Origin: Candidatus Krumholzibacteriota bacterium
Lineage (GTDB): Bacteria > Krumholzibacteriota > Krumholzibacteriia > Krumholzibacteriales > Krumholzibacteriaceae
Assembly: GCA_016931295.1 (NCBI GenBank)
Contig: JAFGEZ010000012.1
Location: forward strand, 6,100 to 70,099
DNA length: 64,000 nucleotides
Direction: 5' to 3'
Shown here: positions 17,916 to 27,639 of the stretch, piece by piece
Layout: each line of letters begins with the position of its first letter
Position numbering within the stretch: the first letter of the stretch is position 1
Notes under the pieces: model-generated
What the model was told of the DNA's origin: nothing
Database searches by the model: none
What the model saw: the letters and a program-made list of their open reading frames with translations, nothing else
Made by a program: the position numbers and the translations under genes

Positions 17916-18912
17916 CGGGATCCTGGTGATGGCGCCGAACTGGCTCGGGGACGCCGTGATGGCCACGCCGATTCTCGCCGTCCTCCAGGAGACCGGAAAC
18001 GGGCGATCCGTCACGGTCGGCTGCCGCTCATACGTCTCGGAGATCTTCCGCCGCCATCCGGCAATCGACCGGATGATCGTCTACGACGGAGACGGCAAGC
18101 TGTCCGGGGCCGCGAGGGCGCTTCGGCGCGGACGACCGGCGAACGGATGGAGCAACTGCATCGTGCTGCCCCCCTCCTTCGCGGCGGCGCTCGCGGCCAG
18201 GCTCTGCGGCGCCGGGGGCCGGGTCGGGTTCGGCGGCGCGGGGCGCTCCCTGCTTCTTTCCCGGGCGGTCGGGAAAACCGATCGGGGCGAGCATCTCTCC
18301 AGGTCCTACGTCCGCCTCGCGGAGGCGGCGACGGGAAGGAGGGCGCGAAAGATACCGCTTCCCGTCGTCGTGCCGCCCGAGGACTGGCGTGCGACGGTCG
18401 CGCGGAACGGGCTCGACAGGCCGTATCTCGCCGTGGCGGCGGGCGCGGCCTACGGATCCGCGAAGCGCTGGCCGGTGAAGCGGTTCGCGGCGGTCGCGGC
18501 GCGCGCCGCCACGCGGGGATTCGTCGCTGTCGCGCTCGGCACCGCGGGGGACGCGGAGGCGCTCGACGCGATCGCCGCCGCGGGCGGCGGGACGAGCCTC
18601 GCCGGAACGCTCGACGCGGCGGGGCTGGTCGCCGTGCTGCGGGGCGCCGCGTGCGTGCTCGGAAACGACAGCGGCCCCGTGCATATCGCCGCGGCGATGG
18701 GGCGGCCGACCGTCGCCGTCTTCGGCTCGACGAGCCCCGCATGGACGGCGCCGCGGGGGAGACGAGCCCGTGTCGTACGGGCCGATCTCGAGTGCTCCCC
18801 CTGCTTCCGGCGGGAATGTCCCGACGGCGAACCCGCCTGCCTCGACTCGATCTCCGTCGACGAGGTCGCCGGGGCGGTCGACGCGGCGATCGAGGAGGAT
18901 ACGGATGAGTGA
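17866..18912 (+). CDS. waaF: LPS heptosyltransferase II (GT9)
   Basis: APNWLGDAVMA, GAAYGSAKRWP, NDSGPVHIAAA, CSPCFRREC; GTG 17866 preceded by GAGGAG. Confidence 0.88.
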   Translation: MRTGYIASSTDCRPGRDGILVMAPNWLGDAVMATPILAVLQETGNGRSVTVGCRSYVSEIFRRHPAIDRMIVYDGDGKLSGAARALRRGRPANGWSNCIVLPPSFAAALAARLCGAGGRVGFGGAGRSLLLSRAVGKTDRGEHLSRSYVRLAEAATGRRARKIPLPVVVPPEDWRATVARNGLDRPYLAVAAGAAYGSAKRWPVKRFAAVAARAATRGFVAVALGTAGDAEALDAIAAAGGGTSLAGTLDAAGLVAVLRGAACVLGNDSGPVHIAAAMGRPTVAVFGSTSPAWTAPRGRRARVVRADLECSPCFRRECPDGEPACLDSISVDEVAGAVDAAIEEDTDE

Positions 18913-19927
18913 GAAGGGATTCGATGCGCGGCGGCTTGCCGGCATCCTCGGGCGGTGGCGCGGCAAGCGGATCGTCGTTCTCGGCGACCTGATGATCGAC
19001 GAGTTCGTGTACGGTCGCACCGAACGCGTATCGCGAGAGGCGCCGGTCGTCGTCGTACGCTACGACGGAAGCGGATTCTCGCCGGGCGGAGCGGCGAACG
19101 CCGCCCAGAACGTCGCCGCGCTCGGCGGACGGGCCGTGCCGGTCGGGTTCGTGGGCGGCGACGAGCGCGGGCCGATGCTCACCGGGTTGCTCGCCGATTC
19201 CGGGGTCGCCACGCGGGGGATCCTGACGCTGGCCGGGCGGTTCACGACCACGAAGATGCGCGTGATGGCGGGGGATTACCACGCGCAGCGGCAGCAGATC
19301 GTTCGCGTCGACCGGGAGCAGGACCGCTCCCTGTCGCCGCGCGAGGAGGCGCGGATTCTCGCCAGGTTCCGGCGCGAAGCCGCGAGGGCCGCGGCGGTCG
19401 TCCTCAGCGATTATCGCCAGGGACTCTTCACGCCACGGGTCATCGGCGAGGCGATCCGCTTCTGCCGCGCGCGCGCGATCCCCGTCGTCGCCGATTCGCG
19501 TTTCAACCTCGCGGCTTTCCGCGGGGTGACGACCGCGGTGCCGAACGAGGTCGAGGCGCACGCGGCGGCGGGAACCGACGCGGGACGGGCGCCGATCGAC
19601 CGGGCGGGCCGGCGGCTCCTCTCCCGGCTCGAAAGCGACTCCCTGATCGTCACGCGGGGCAGGTTCGGGATGTCGCTCTTCCGCCGCCGCCGCCCGCGGA
19701 TCGACATCGCCGTCGTCGGGAGCGCCGAGGCGACGGACGTGACCGGCGCGGGCGACACCGTCGCGGCGACGATCGCGCTCGCTCTCGCCGCCGAAGCGGA
19801 TGTGCGGGAGGGGATGGCCCTGGCGAACGCCGCGGCGTCGATCGTCGTGATGAAGCGCGGCACCGCCACGGCGAGCGTCGGCGAGCTCGCCGATCTGCTT
19901 CGCGAACTCGGCGTGGCGGACAAGTGA
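18905..19927 (+). CDS. rfaE1: D-glycero-D-manno-heptose-7-phosphate kinase (HldE domain I)
   Basis: GDLMIDEF, RVSREAPV, GGAANAA, SDY, DVTGAGDT. Confidence 0.9.
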   Translation: MSEKGFDARRLAGILGRWRGKRIVVLGDLMIDEFVYGRTERVSREAPVVVVRYDGSGFSPGGAANAAQNVAALGGRAVPVGFVGGDERGPMLTGLLADSGVATRGILTLAGRFTTTKMRVMAGDYHAQRQQIVRVDREQDRSLSPREEARILARFRREAARAAAVVLSDYRQGLFTPRVIGEAIRFCRARAIPVVADSRFNLAAFRGVTTAVPNEVEAHAAAGTDAGRAPIDRAGRRLLSRLESDSLIVTRGRFGMSLFRRRRPRIDIAVVGSAEATDVTGAGDTVAATIALALAAEADVREGMALANAAASIVVMKRGTATASVGELADLLRELGVADK

Positions 19928-20024
19928 CGGGGAAAACGTGTTGGACGGCAGGCGGGATTCGCCGGGCCGACAACCGCGATCGCCGGAACGCGACGTCCGC
20001 GACCGGCGCGAGAGGAGGATGCGG

Positions 20025-20510
20025 GTGAAGGATCGTCTCTACCGCGACGTCGAAAAGCTCGCGCGGGATCTCGACGAAAAACGCCGTCGGGGCGCACGCG
20101 TCGTCCTCGCGAACGGCTGTTTCGACATACTCCACGTCGGGCACGTGCGCTACCTCGAGGAGGCCGCCGCTCTCGGCGACCTGCTCGTCGTCGCCGTCAA
20201 CGACGACGATTCGACGCGCGGCCTGAAGGGCGACGGACGACCGGTGATGCCCGGGGAGGAGCGGGCGGAGCTCCTTCTCGCCCTGCGATGCGTCGACCGG
20301 TGTCTTCTCTTCGGCGCGCCGACCGTCGATGAGATCATCCGGATTTTGCGGCCGGACATCCATGCGAAGGGAACGGACTACACGGTCGACACGGTTCCCG
20401 AGATCGAGTCCGCGCGGGCCGTCGGGACGCGCACGGTCATCACCGGCGACCGGAAAAGCCACGCGAGCAGGGACGTCATCAGGAAGGTGCGCGGCGATGG
20501 ACGGTCCTGA
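20025..20510 (+). CDS. rfaE2: heptose-1-phosphate adenylyltransferase (HldE domain II)
   Basis: NGCFDILHVGH, KGDGRP, KGTDY; GTG after AGGAGG. Confidence 0.9.
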   Translation: MKDRLYRDVEKLARDLDEKRRRGARVVLANGCFDILHVGHVRYLEEAAALGDLLVVAVNDDDSTRGLKGDGRPVMPGEERAELLLALRCVDRCLLFGAPTVDEIIRILRPDIHAKGTDYTVDTVPEIESARAVGTRTVITGDRKSHASRDVIRKVRGDGRS

Positions 20511-21513
20511 TCTCCTCTCGGCGCGCGCACCCCGCATCCTCGTCACGCGCCTCCGGTATCTCGGGGACGTGATACTCTCGATTCCCGCCGTCGACGCGCT
20601 CAGGGAGTGCCGGCCCGACGCTGACATCCATTACCTCGCGGAGCGTCCGCACCACGAGATACTCGAAAGCCATCCGTTTCTCGACGGCGTCATACCGCTC
20701 GATCCGGGAATCGCCGGGACGATGCGGGCCGTGCGGATCCTCCGGCGGATGCGCTTCGACGCGGCCATCGACCTCTTCTACAACCCGCGCAGCGCGAACC
20801 TCCTCCGTCTCGCCGGCATTCCCGTGCGAGTCGGCGGGGGGAGGCGGTGGCGGCGCAGGTTGTACACGCACGTCGTCGCGAAGCCGCCCGCCGATCCGAG
20901 CGCGGTGTCGCACCATCTCCGGTTCGTCGAGGCGCTCGGCTGCGCAGCCGCGTGGCGCCTGCCGCGCGTCCATCTCCGCGAAGAGGAGCGCCTGGGGGGG
21001 GCGAGGCTTCTCGAACGCACGATCGGCGGCGGGGGGGAGGGGCCGGTGATCGCCGTCCATCCCGGGGGGACGTGGCCCGCGAAGCGATGGCCGCCGGAGC
21101 GGTTCGCCGAGCTCGCCCGCCTGGCAGGTTGCGCGCTCGATGCGCGGATTCTCGTCGTCGCCGGACCGGGAGAGGAACAAATCGCACGCGAGGCTGCGGG
21201 AACGGAGGGCGCGGTGCTGCCACTCCAGCCGATCAGGACGCTCGCCGCCGTTCTCTCGGCCTGCGACGCGGTCGTCTGCAACGACGGCGGCGTGATGCAC
21301 CTCGCCGTGGCTCTCGGGGTGCCGACCGTCGGCATCTTCGGCCCCACCGAACCGGAGATCTGGTTTCCCTACGAGGGGAAGGGCCCCTTCCGGCTCGTCA
21401 CGCACCGCGTCGCCTGCGCACCATGCCACCGCCACGAATGCGACGATCGCCGCTGCCTCGACGGGATCGGCCCGGACGAGGTCTTCTCGGCGCTCGAGGA
21501 AGTCGCACGGTGA
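20497..21513 (+). CDS. GT9 family glycosyltransferase
   Basis: RLRYLGDVIL, HPGGTWPAKRWP, NDGGVMHLA, FGPT. Confidence 0.9.
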   Translation: MDGPDLLSARAPRILVTRLRYLGDVILSIPAVDALRECRPDADIHYLAERPHHEILESHPFLDGVIPLDPGIAGTMRAVRILRRMRFDAAIDLFYNPRSANLLRLAGIPVRVGGGRRWRRRLYTHVVAKPPADPSAVSHHLRFVEALGCAAAWRLPRVHLREEERLGGARLLERTIGGGGEGPVIAVHPGGTWPAKRWPPERFAELARLAGCALDARILVVAGPGEEQIAREAAGTEGAVLPLQPIRTLAAVLSACDAVVCNDGGVMHLAVALGVPTVGIFGPTEPEIWFPYEGKGPFRLVTHRVACAPCHRHECDDRRCLDGIGPDEVFSALEEVAR

Positions 21514-22619
21514 GTCGGATGACCGGCAGACGTTCGCCCGTCGATCTCGGCCGCATCGGACCGGTCGACCGGATCCTCGTCGTGCGTCTCAAGGCGATGG
21601 GGGACATCGCGCTCTCCCTGCCGATCGTCTGGGCCCTCCGGGAGCGCTTTCCCCGGGCGCGAATCGATTACCTGGTCGGCGCCCGGTACGCGGGCGCCCT
21701 CGACGGCGACACCGGTCTCGACGAGGTCATTCCGCTCGAGGGCGCGGCGCCGCGGCAGGCGCGACTCGCCGCGCGGCTCCGGCGAAGGCGGTACGACGTG
21801 GCGATCGACCTGCTCTCCTCGCCGAGGAGCGCCGTCCTCACGCTCCTCTCGGGGGCGCACCTGAGGATCGGGATGGACGTGGGGCGGCACAACTGGTGTT
21901 TCCACCGCGTCCTTCCCCGCGCGCTACTGGACGGGCACGGCGCGATCGTCAGGCAATACACGCTCGAATCGAACCGCGAGTACGCGCGGATGATCGGCCT
22001 GGGCGATCCCGGTCCGGGGCCGGATCCGCGCGGATGGCGCTCGGGGCTCGCCCCGGGATTCCCCGCGGCCGAGACCGAGCGGGCGTGGGCCGGGGAATGG
22101 ACCGGTTCGCTCGGCGAGCGGGCCGGGCGGCTCTGCGGCATCGTGCCGGGAGCGACCTACGTCGAGAAGTCATGGCCGGTCGAGCGGTTCGTCGAGCTCG
22201 CCGGGCGCATCCCGGGCGAACTGGGACTCGTTCCGCTCGTTTTCTGGGGACCGGGGGAAGAGGCGGTCGCCGGGCAGGTCGCCGCGGCGTCGCCCGCGGC
22301 CCTGATGGCCCCGCCGGCCTCGATTCCGCGCCTCGGCGCGATCGTCGGCCGCTGCCGCGTGGTCGTCGGCATCGATTCGGGGCCGAAGCACCTCGCCGTT
22401 CTCCAGGGGGTGCCGACGGTGACCCTCTTCGGGCCGACCGACCCGCGCGTCTGGGATCCGATGACCGGCAGGCACCGGGTCCTCGGGGGCCCCGAACGCG
22501 GCCGGGGCGGGGGCAAACAGCCGGCGGCGCGAAGGATCGACGAAATCGCCGTCGACGAGGTGATCGGCGAACTGCGGCTCGCTCTCGGGGCGGAAACCGA
22601 CGCAGGAGGTGGCCGGTGA
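21510..22619 (+). CDS. GT9 family glycosyltransferase
   Basis: RLKAMGDIAL, KSWP, DSGPKHLA, LFGPT. Confidence 0.9.
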   Translation: MSRMTGRRSPVDLGRIGPVDRILVVRLKAMGDIALSLPIVWALRERFPRARIDYLVGARYAGALDGDTGLDEVIPLEGAAPRQARLAARLRRRRYDVAIDLLSSPRSAVLTLLSGAHLRIGMDVGRHNWCFHRVLPRALLDGHGAIVRQYTLESNREYARMIGLGDPGPGPDPRGWRSGLAPGFPAAETERAWAGEWTGSLGERAGRLCGIVPGATYVEKSWPVERFVELAGRIPGELGLVPLVFWGPGEEAVAGQVAAASPAALMAPPASIPRLGAIVGRCRVVVGIDSGPKHLAVLQGVPTVTLFGPTDPRVWDPMTGRHRVLGGPERGRGGGKQPAARRIDEIAVDEVIGELRLALGAETDAGGGR

Positions 22620-23389
22620 TGGGACTCGACCGTGTATCGCTCGTCGTCATCACGCGCGACGAGGAAGAGAACATCGCCCGCTGCATCGAGAGCGCGGCGG
22701 GGGTCGGCGAGACGATCGTCGTCGATTCGCACAGCGGCGACCAAACGAGGGAGATCGCCCGTTCCCTCGGCGCCACGGTCCTCGAACGGGACTTCGTGTC
22801 GAACGCCGACCAGAAGAACTGGGCGATCGAACGCACGAGCGGGGAGTGGGTGCTGATCCTCGACGCGGACGAGCGACTCACCCCGGCGCTTCGCGACGAG
22901 ATCGCCCGGTCCGTCGACGATCCCCGCGGTGCGGACGGGTGGTACATCCGCCGTCGAAACGACTTTCTCGGGCGCCGGATCGATCACTGCGGCTGGGGGC
23001 GCGACCGCGTCCTGCGCCTCTTCAGGCGGGGCGCGGGGCGCTATCCCGAGCGGGCCGTCCACGAGCGGTTCCGTCTCGACGGCGAGGCGCGCCTGCTCGT
23101 CGAGCCGATGCTGCATTCGCCCTACCGCGACATGGCCGACTATCTCGACCGGATGCGCAGCTACAGTCTCCGCGGCGCGGCGGAACTGCACGGGCGCGGC
23201 GCCTCCTGGTTCCCCGCGATCCTCCTTCGTCCCGCGTGGCGTTTCATGCGCATGTACGTCGTGCAGCTCGGCTTCCTCGACGGCGCCGCCGGCCTGGTGC
23301 TCTGCGGCGCGGCGGCGGCCGGCGTCTTCTTCAAGTACGCCGCGCTCCGGGAACTGGGGCGCCGCGATGCGGCGGGAGCGGATCGATGA
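22616..23389 (+). CDS. GT2 LPS core beta-glucosyltransferase (WaaE/KdtX/LgtF-like)
   Basis: ITRDEEENI, VDSHSGD, QKNWA, ILDADE, VHE, GFLDG. Confidence 0.88.
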   Translation: MMGLDRVSLVVITRDEEENIARCIESAAGVGETIVVDSHSGDQTREIARSLGATVLERDFVSNADQKNWAIERTSGEWVLILDADERLTPALRDEIARSVDDPRGADGWYIRRRNDFLGRRIDHCGWGRDRVLRLFRRGAGRYPERAVHERFRLDGEARLLVEPMLHSPYRDMADYLDRMRSYSLRGAAELHGRGASWFPAILLRPAWRFMRMYVVQLGFLDGAAGLVLCGAAAAGVFFKYAALRELGRRDAAGADR

Positions 23390-24468
23390 CCGGCGGCGAT
23401 CCGGAACTGGTCTTCTTCGGCGCGTTCGATCCCGCCTACCCGCGGAACGCGATCATCCGCGAGGGGTGGCGCCGGACGGGGCGGCGGGCGAGCGAGTGCC
23501 GGACGGACGTCAAACGGAAGGCGCCCACGCGCTATCCCGCGCTCCTCTGGCAATTCCTGTCCGGGAATCACCGCGGCGGCGTGATCTTCGTCCCCGATTT
23601 CCGCCACAAGGACGTGCCGCTCGCGTGGCTCATCGCCCGCCTCGCCGGCCGCCGGCTCGTCTTCGATCCGCTCGTCTCCCGGTGGGAGACGCGCGTCCTC
23701 GACCGGGGTGACGCCACCGCGGGCTCGATGCAGGCCGGGCACAACCGGAACATCGACCGCCTCTCCTTCCAGCTCTCCGATCTCGTACTCGCCGATACCG
23801 ACGCGCACGGAAATTTCTTTGCACGCGAGTACGGGCTGCCGGACGGCCGGGTGCGCACCCTCTATCTGGGCTTCGACGACCGTCTCTTCCCGCCGGCACC
23901 GCCGCCGGAAGCGAACGGGACGCTCCGCGTCCTCTTCTATGGATCCTACCTGCCGCTGCACGGCGTGCCGACGATCGTGGAGGCCGCGGCCGCCGTGGCA
24001 AACGAGGACATCCGCGTGACGCTCGTGGGCGGCGGGCAGACGCACGATGAGACGAAAAGACTCGCCGAACGCCTGCGGGCGCCGATCCGGTTCCTCGACG
24101 CGGTGCCGGACACGGCGCTCGCCGGGCTGATCGCCCGGGCAGACGTCGTCCTCGGCGTCTTCGGGACGACACCGAAGGCGTCGCTCGTCGTCCCGAACAA
24201 GGTCTACCAGGCGCTCGGCGTCGGCCGGGCCGTCGTGACGGCGTCGAACCCGGCTGTCGGGGAGATCTTCCGAGACGGCGAGCATCTGCTCGCCGTCTCG
24301 GCGGGGGACGCGCGCGCTCTCGCCGGCGCCCTCCGGCTTCTCGCCGCCGATCGCGGGAGGGCGCGCGCTCTCGCCGAGGCGGGGGGGCGGTACGTGCGGG
24401 AGCGGTTCAATCCCGGACGGATCGCCGACGACCTCTCGGCACTGCTCCGCGAAGGGGGGATCAGGTGA
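23386..24468 (+). CDS. GT4 glycosyltransferase
   Basis: YPRN, FYGSYLPLHG, LGVFG...VPNKVYQA. Confidence 0.85.
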   Translation: MTGGDPELVFFGAFDPAYPRNAIIREGWRRTGRRASECRTDVKRKAPTRYPALLWQFLSGNHRGGVIFVPDFRHKDVPLAWLIARLAGRRLVFDPLVSRWETRVLDRGDATAGSMQAGHNRNIDRLSFQLSDLVLADTDAHGNFFAREYGLPDGRVRTLYLGFDDRLFPPAPPPEANGTLRVLFYGSYLPLHGVPTIVEAAAAVANEDIRVTLVGGGQTHDETKRLAERLRAPIRFLDAVPDTALAGLIARADVVLGVFGTTPKASLVVPNKVYQALGVGRAVVTASNPAVGEIFRDGEHLLAVSAGDARALAGALRLLAADRGRARALAEAGGRYVRERFNPGRIADDLSALLREGGIR

Positions 24469-25550
24469 AAGCGCTGCTCGCCGGAAGCGAATCGGGCTGG
24501 CGGGGCGGCGAGCACCAGACGCTGCTCCTCGCGATCGGACTCCGAAAGCGGGGGATCGACGTCACGATCGCTGCGCCGGGGCGATCGGCGCTGGCCGCGC
24601 GGGCGGCGACGGCGGGCATACCGGTCGTCCACCTTTCCTTCGAGACGGTCCCGCTGTGGACCCCGCTCAGACTCGCCGACGTCTGCCGCCGCCGCGGGAT
24701 CGACATCCTGCACGCGCAGACCTCGCGCGCCCATACGCACTGCGGCATCGCGAGCCGTCTCCGCGCCGGCGGCGCGGCGCTCGTCGTGAGCCGCCGGACG
24801 GCCTTCCCCGTATCGCGCGGCGTCTCCCGGGCGCTCAAGTACCGCCGGTGGGCCGATCACTACCTGCCGATCTCCGCCGCCGCAGCCCTCGCGCTCGAAG
24901 AGGCGGGCGTGCCGCGGGAACGCATGACGATCGTTCCGAGCGGGATCGAGACGGCGCGATTCGCCGGCCTCCATCAGGACGGGCGTGAACGAAAGCGACG
25001 CGGCCTCGACGGTCGCTTCGTCGTCGGCACGGTCGCCGCCCCGACGCCTGAAAAGGGGCTCGACGTCCTCGCGGCCGCGGCCGCGATCCTCGGTCCGGCG
25101 GCGGGGGGGAAGACGGCCGGGAGAATCGCATTCCTCGTCCGGGCGACGGCGGCGTTCGCCCCGACCGCGGGGATCGCGCGGATCGATCCCGGCGAGATGC
25201 CGATCGAGCGATTCCTCGCACTTCTCGACGCGTATGTCGTTCCGTCCAGGGCGGAAGGGTTGTCGACGGCGCTGATGGCGGCCGTGGCCGCGGGGCTTCC
25301 CGTGGCGGGAAGCCGCGTCGGCGGCATACCGGAAGTCGCCGGCGAGGACCACGCGATCCTCGTTCCGCCGGGGGATCCCGCGGCCCTGGCCGGGGCGATC
25401 GCCGCTCTCGCCGACGACGACGGGATGCGGCGTCGCTTCGCCGCGAGGGCCGGGGAGCGGGCCGGGGAGTTCGACATTTCGCGCACCGTCGAGAAGACCA
25501 TTGCCGTCTACGAACGGCTGCTCGCCTCCGCCGGGCGTCGATTGCGATGA
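24465..25550 (+). CDS. GT4 glycosyltransferase
   Basis: WRGGEHQ, EKG, PSRAEGL, GGIPE. Confidence 0.8.
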   Translation: MKALLAGSESGWRGGEHQTLLLAIGLRKRGIDVTIAAPGRSALAARAATAGIPVVHLSFETVPLWTPLRLADVCRRRGIDILHAQTSRAHTHCGIASRLRAGGAALVVSRRTAFPVSRGVSRALKYRRWADHYLPISAAAALALEEAGVPRERMTIVPSGIETARFAGLHQDGRERKRRGLDGRFVVGTVAAPTPEKGLDVLAAAAAILGPAAGGKTAGRIAFLVRATAAFAPTAGIARIDPGEMPIERFLALLDAYVVPSRAEGLSTALMAAVAAGLPVAGSRVGGIPEVAGEDHAILVPPGDPAALAGAIAALADDDGMRRRFAARAGERAGEFDISRTVEKTIAVYERLLASAGRRLR

Positions 25551-25620
25551 AATCGACACGGCTCTTGCATCTCCTGTCACCAGGAGACAGGCAACGCGAA
25601 TGAGACAATACATGAGGTGA

Positions 25621-26508
25621 ATGATGTTACATGTTGTAATGATGAGAGATGGAAACACGGTACGCGCCGCGGCATGGCGCGCGGCGCTGATCGCGGCGAT
25701 CCTCGTGGCGGTCATTGCCGTCCTCGATTCCGGACAGGTACGGGCCGATGAATCGGCGCTCGACGGCTACGAGATCGTCCAGCCGCTGCCCGAGCGTGTG
25801 CCCTGGGGCGAGGGGGAATACCTGCTCTTCTCTATCCAGTACGGACTGATCTATGCGGGCGACGCGACGCTCGAAGTGCGGAACATCGCCGTCCTCCCGG
25901 ACAGCCAGCCCAGCTATCACGTCGTTTCGATCGCCCGGACAAACAAGGCCTTCGACGTCGTCTTCAAGGTGCGCGACCGGCACGAGTCCTTCATACACTG
26001 GGACGACCTCTACTCGCTCCGATTCGTCAAGCATCTGCGGGAAGGGCGGTTCAGCCGCGACGGGCGGGTCGATTTCGACCAGCGGAACCATCTCGCCGTC
26101 TCCGGCGGCACGACCGTGGGGATCCCGCCCAACACGCATGATTTCCTTTCCGCGCTCTACTACATGCGGACGATACCGATCGAGCCGGGACAGGCCGTCT
26201 TCCTGCCGAATCACACGAACGGCAAGAACTATCCCATCTACGTGAAGGTGACCGGACGCGAGCGGGTGAGCGTGCCGGCGGGGGAGTTCGACTGCCTCGT
26301 CGTCGAGCCGGTGCTCGAGACGTCGTCGATCTTCGAGCACAAGGGCAAGTTGACAATCTGGATGACCGATGATACCGTCCGCATGCCCGTCCTCCTCCGC
26401 TCCAAGGTGATCGTCGGGGCGTTCGAGGCGGTGCTCAAGGAGTTTACACTGTCAACGGAAGCGCCGCGCGTCCTCGGGCGCGCAGAAAGCGGCGGCGATG
26501 GCCGGTAA
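25621..26508 (+). CDS. DUF3108 family exported protein
   Basis: Signal-like N-terminus, GEYLLFSIQYG, DFLSALYY, VPAGEFDC, IWMTDD; start uncertain. Confidence 0.75.
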   Translation: MMLHVVMMRDGNTVRAAAWRAALIAAILVAVIAVLDSGQVRADESALDGYEIVQPLPERVPWGEGEYLLFSIQYGLIYAGDATLEVRNIAVLPDSQPSYHVVSIARTNKAFDVVFKVRDRHESFIHWDDLYSLRFVKHLREGRFSRDGRVDFDQRNHLAVSGGTTVGIPPNTHDFLSALYYMRTIPIEPGQAVFLPNHTNGKNYPIYVKVTGRERVSVPAGEFDCLVVEPVLETSSIFEHKGKLTIWMTDDTVRMPVLLRSKVIVGAFEAVLKEFTLSTEAPRVLGRAESGGDGR

Positions 26509-27445
26509 ATACCGTGAGATCGATCTGTCCGGGGTCAAAACCGTCTCCGTCTCGGACCGTGGCAGCTCGGTCACGGCGGATCGCTTCGGCAGGCCGGCCA
26601 AGGGCGGGAAATCCTTTTCGCGATGGCTGGATTCCTTGCCGCGATTCCTCGCCGTCGAGGAGCTCCGCGCGCTCGCGCTCGCCATGCGGCGGGCTCATGC
26701 CGGGCCGCGCGGGGAGATCCTCTGGATGATGGGGGCGCATGTCGTCAAGTGCGGCCTCTCGCCCTACGTCATCGACCTCGTCCGCAGGGGCTGGATCACC
26801 GGTGTCGCGATGAACGGCGCCGGCGCGATCCACGACATGGAGATCGCGCTCTTCGGCGAGACGAGCGAGGACGTCGCCGCGAACCTCGAGCGGGGGATCT
26901 TCGGATTCGCCTCGGAGACGGCCGACGCTGCCTTCGATGCGATCGCCGGCGGGGAACGGTCGGGATACGGGCTCGGCGAGGCCCTCGGGGCGCGGCTCGT
27001 CGAGCGGCGCGCGCCGCACCGGAAGCTCAGCATCCTCTGCGAGGCCTATCGTCACGACGTGCCGGTCACCGTCCACGTCGCCGTCGGGACGGACATCCTC
27101 CACCAGCACCCCGGTTTCGACGGCGCGGCCTGGGGACGACTCACCGCCAGGGATTTCCGCATCTTCGCCGAGCGGGTCCGCGCGCTCGGCGTGGACGGCG
27201 GGGTCGCGCTCAACATCGGCTCGGCGGTCCTCCTTCCCGAGGTGTTCCTCAAGGCCTTCAGCATCGCCCGGAACCTCGGTGCGCCGTTCGAGCGCCTGAC
27301 GACATGCACGATGGACATGGTCAGGCACTACCGCCCGGAGGAGAACGTCCTGCGGCGCCCGACCGCCTTCGGCGGCAGGGGGATTCGGCTCGTCGGACAT
27401 CACGAGCTGCTCGTCCCGCTCCTCTATTCGGCGCTCCTCTCGTGA
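26498..27445 (+). CDS. hypothetical protein with deoxyhypusine-synthase-like features
   Basis: MMGAHVVKCGL...AMNGAGAIHD and LNIGSAVLLPE resemble DHS NAD-binding elements (by-eye similarity only). Confidence 0.55.
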   Translation: MAGKYREIDLSGVKTVSVSDRGSSVTADRFGRPAKGGKSFSRWLDSLPRFLAVEELRALALAMRRAHAGPRGEILWMMGAHVVKCGLSPYVIDLVRRGWITGVAMNGAGAIHDMEIALFGETSEDVAANLERGIFGFASETADAAFDAIAGGERSGYGLGEALGARLVERRAPHRKLSILCEAYRHDVPVTVHVAVGTDILHQHPGFDGAAWGRLTARDFRIFAERVRALGVDGGVALNIGSAVLLPEVFLKAFSIARNLGAPFERLTTCTMDMVRHYRPEENVLRRPTAFGGRGIRLVGHHELLVPLLYSALLS

Positions 27446-27452
27446 ATTCCCG

Positions 27453-27482
27453 TTGACAACGCGCCCCTGCCTGTGGTACTAT
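27453..27482 (+). promoter_or_regulatory. sigma70-type promoter with extended -10
   Basis: TTGACA-18-TACTAT with TG one base upstream of the -10. Confidence 0.6.
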
Positions 27483-27571
27483 TCGGTCCTAAGGAGGTAC
27501 GGAGAGAGAGACGTCTGCTACTGGGATTTGCTCGCAACGATCCGGCACGTCGCCTATCGAGTGAGTTCCCG

Positions 27572-27587
27572 TGGCAGGCGTTTTGCT
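27572..27587 (+). promoter_or_regulatory. sigma54 promoter motif
   Basis: TGGCAGGCGTTTTGCT, GG-N10-GC. Confidence 0.7.
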
Positions 27588-27639
27588 TGTGGCCCGGGCA
27601 GGCGACCTGCCCGGGCCATTTGCCAAAGGAAGAGGAGAG

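Noticed and set aside
14889..18014. 1041-aa minus-strand ORF and similar long ORFs (426-1469, 1938-3992, 12083-14005, 51230-53692)
   Set aside because: Antisense or off-frame shadows of well-supported genes in high-GC DNA; no recognisable motifs.
18905..20510. Split hldE as a possible broken gene
   Set aside because: Separate rfaE1 and rfaE2 genes are common; both are intact and rfaE2 has its own RBS.
25554..25569. sigma54-like CGACACGGCTCTTGCA
   Set aside because: Lacks the invariant GG at -24.
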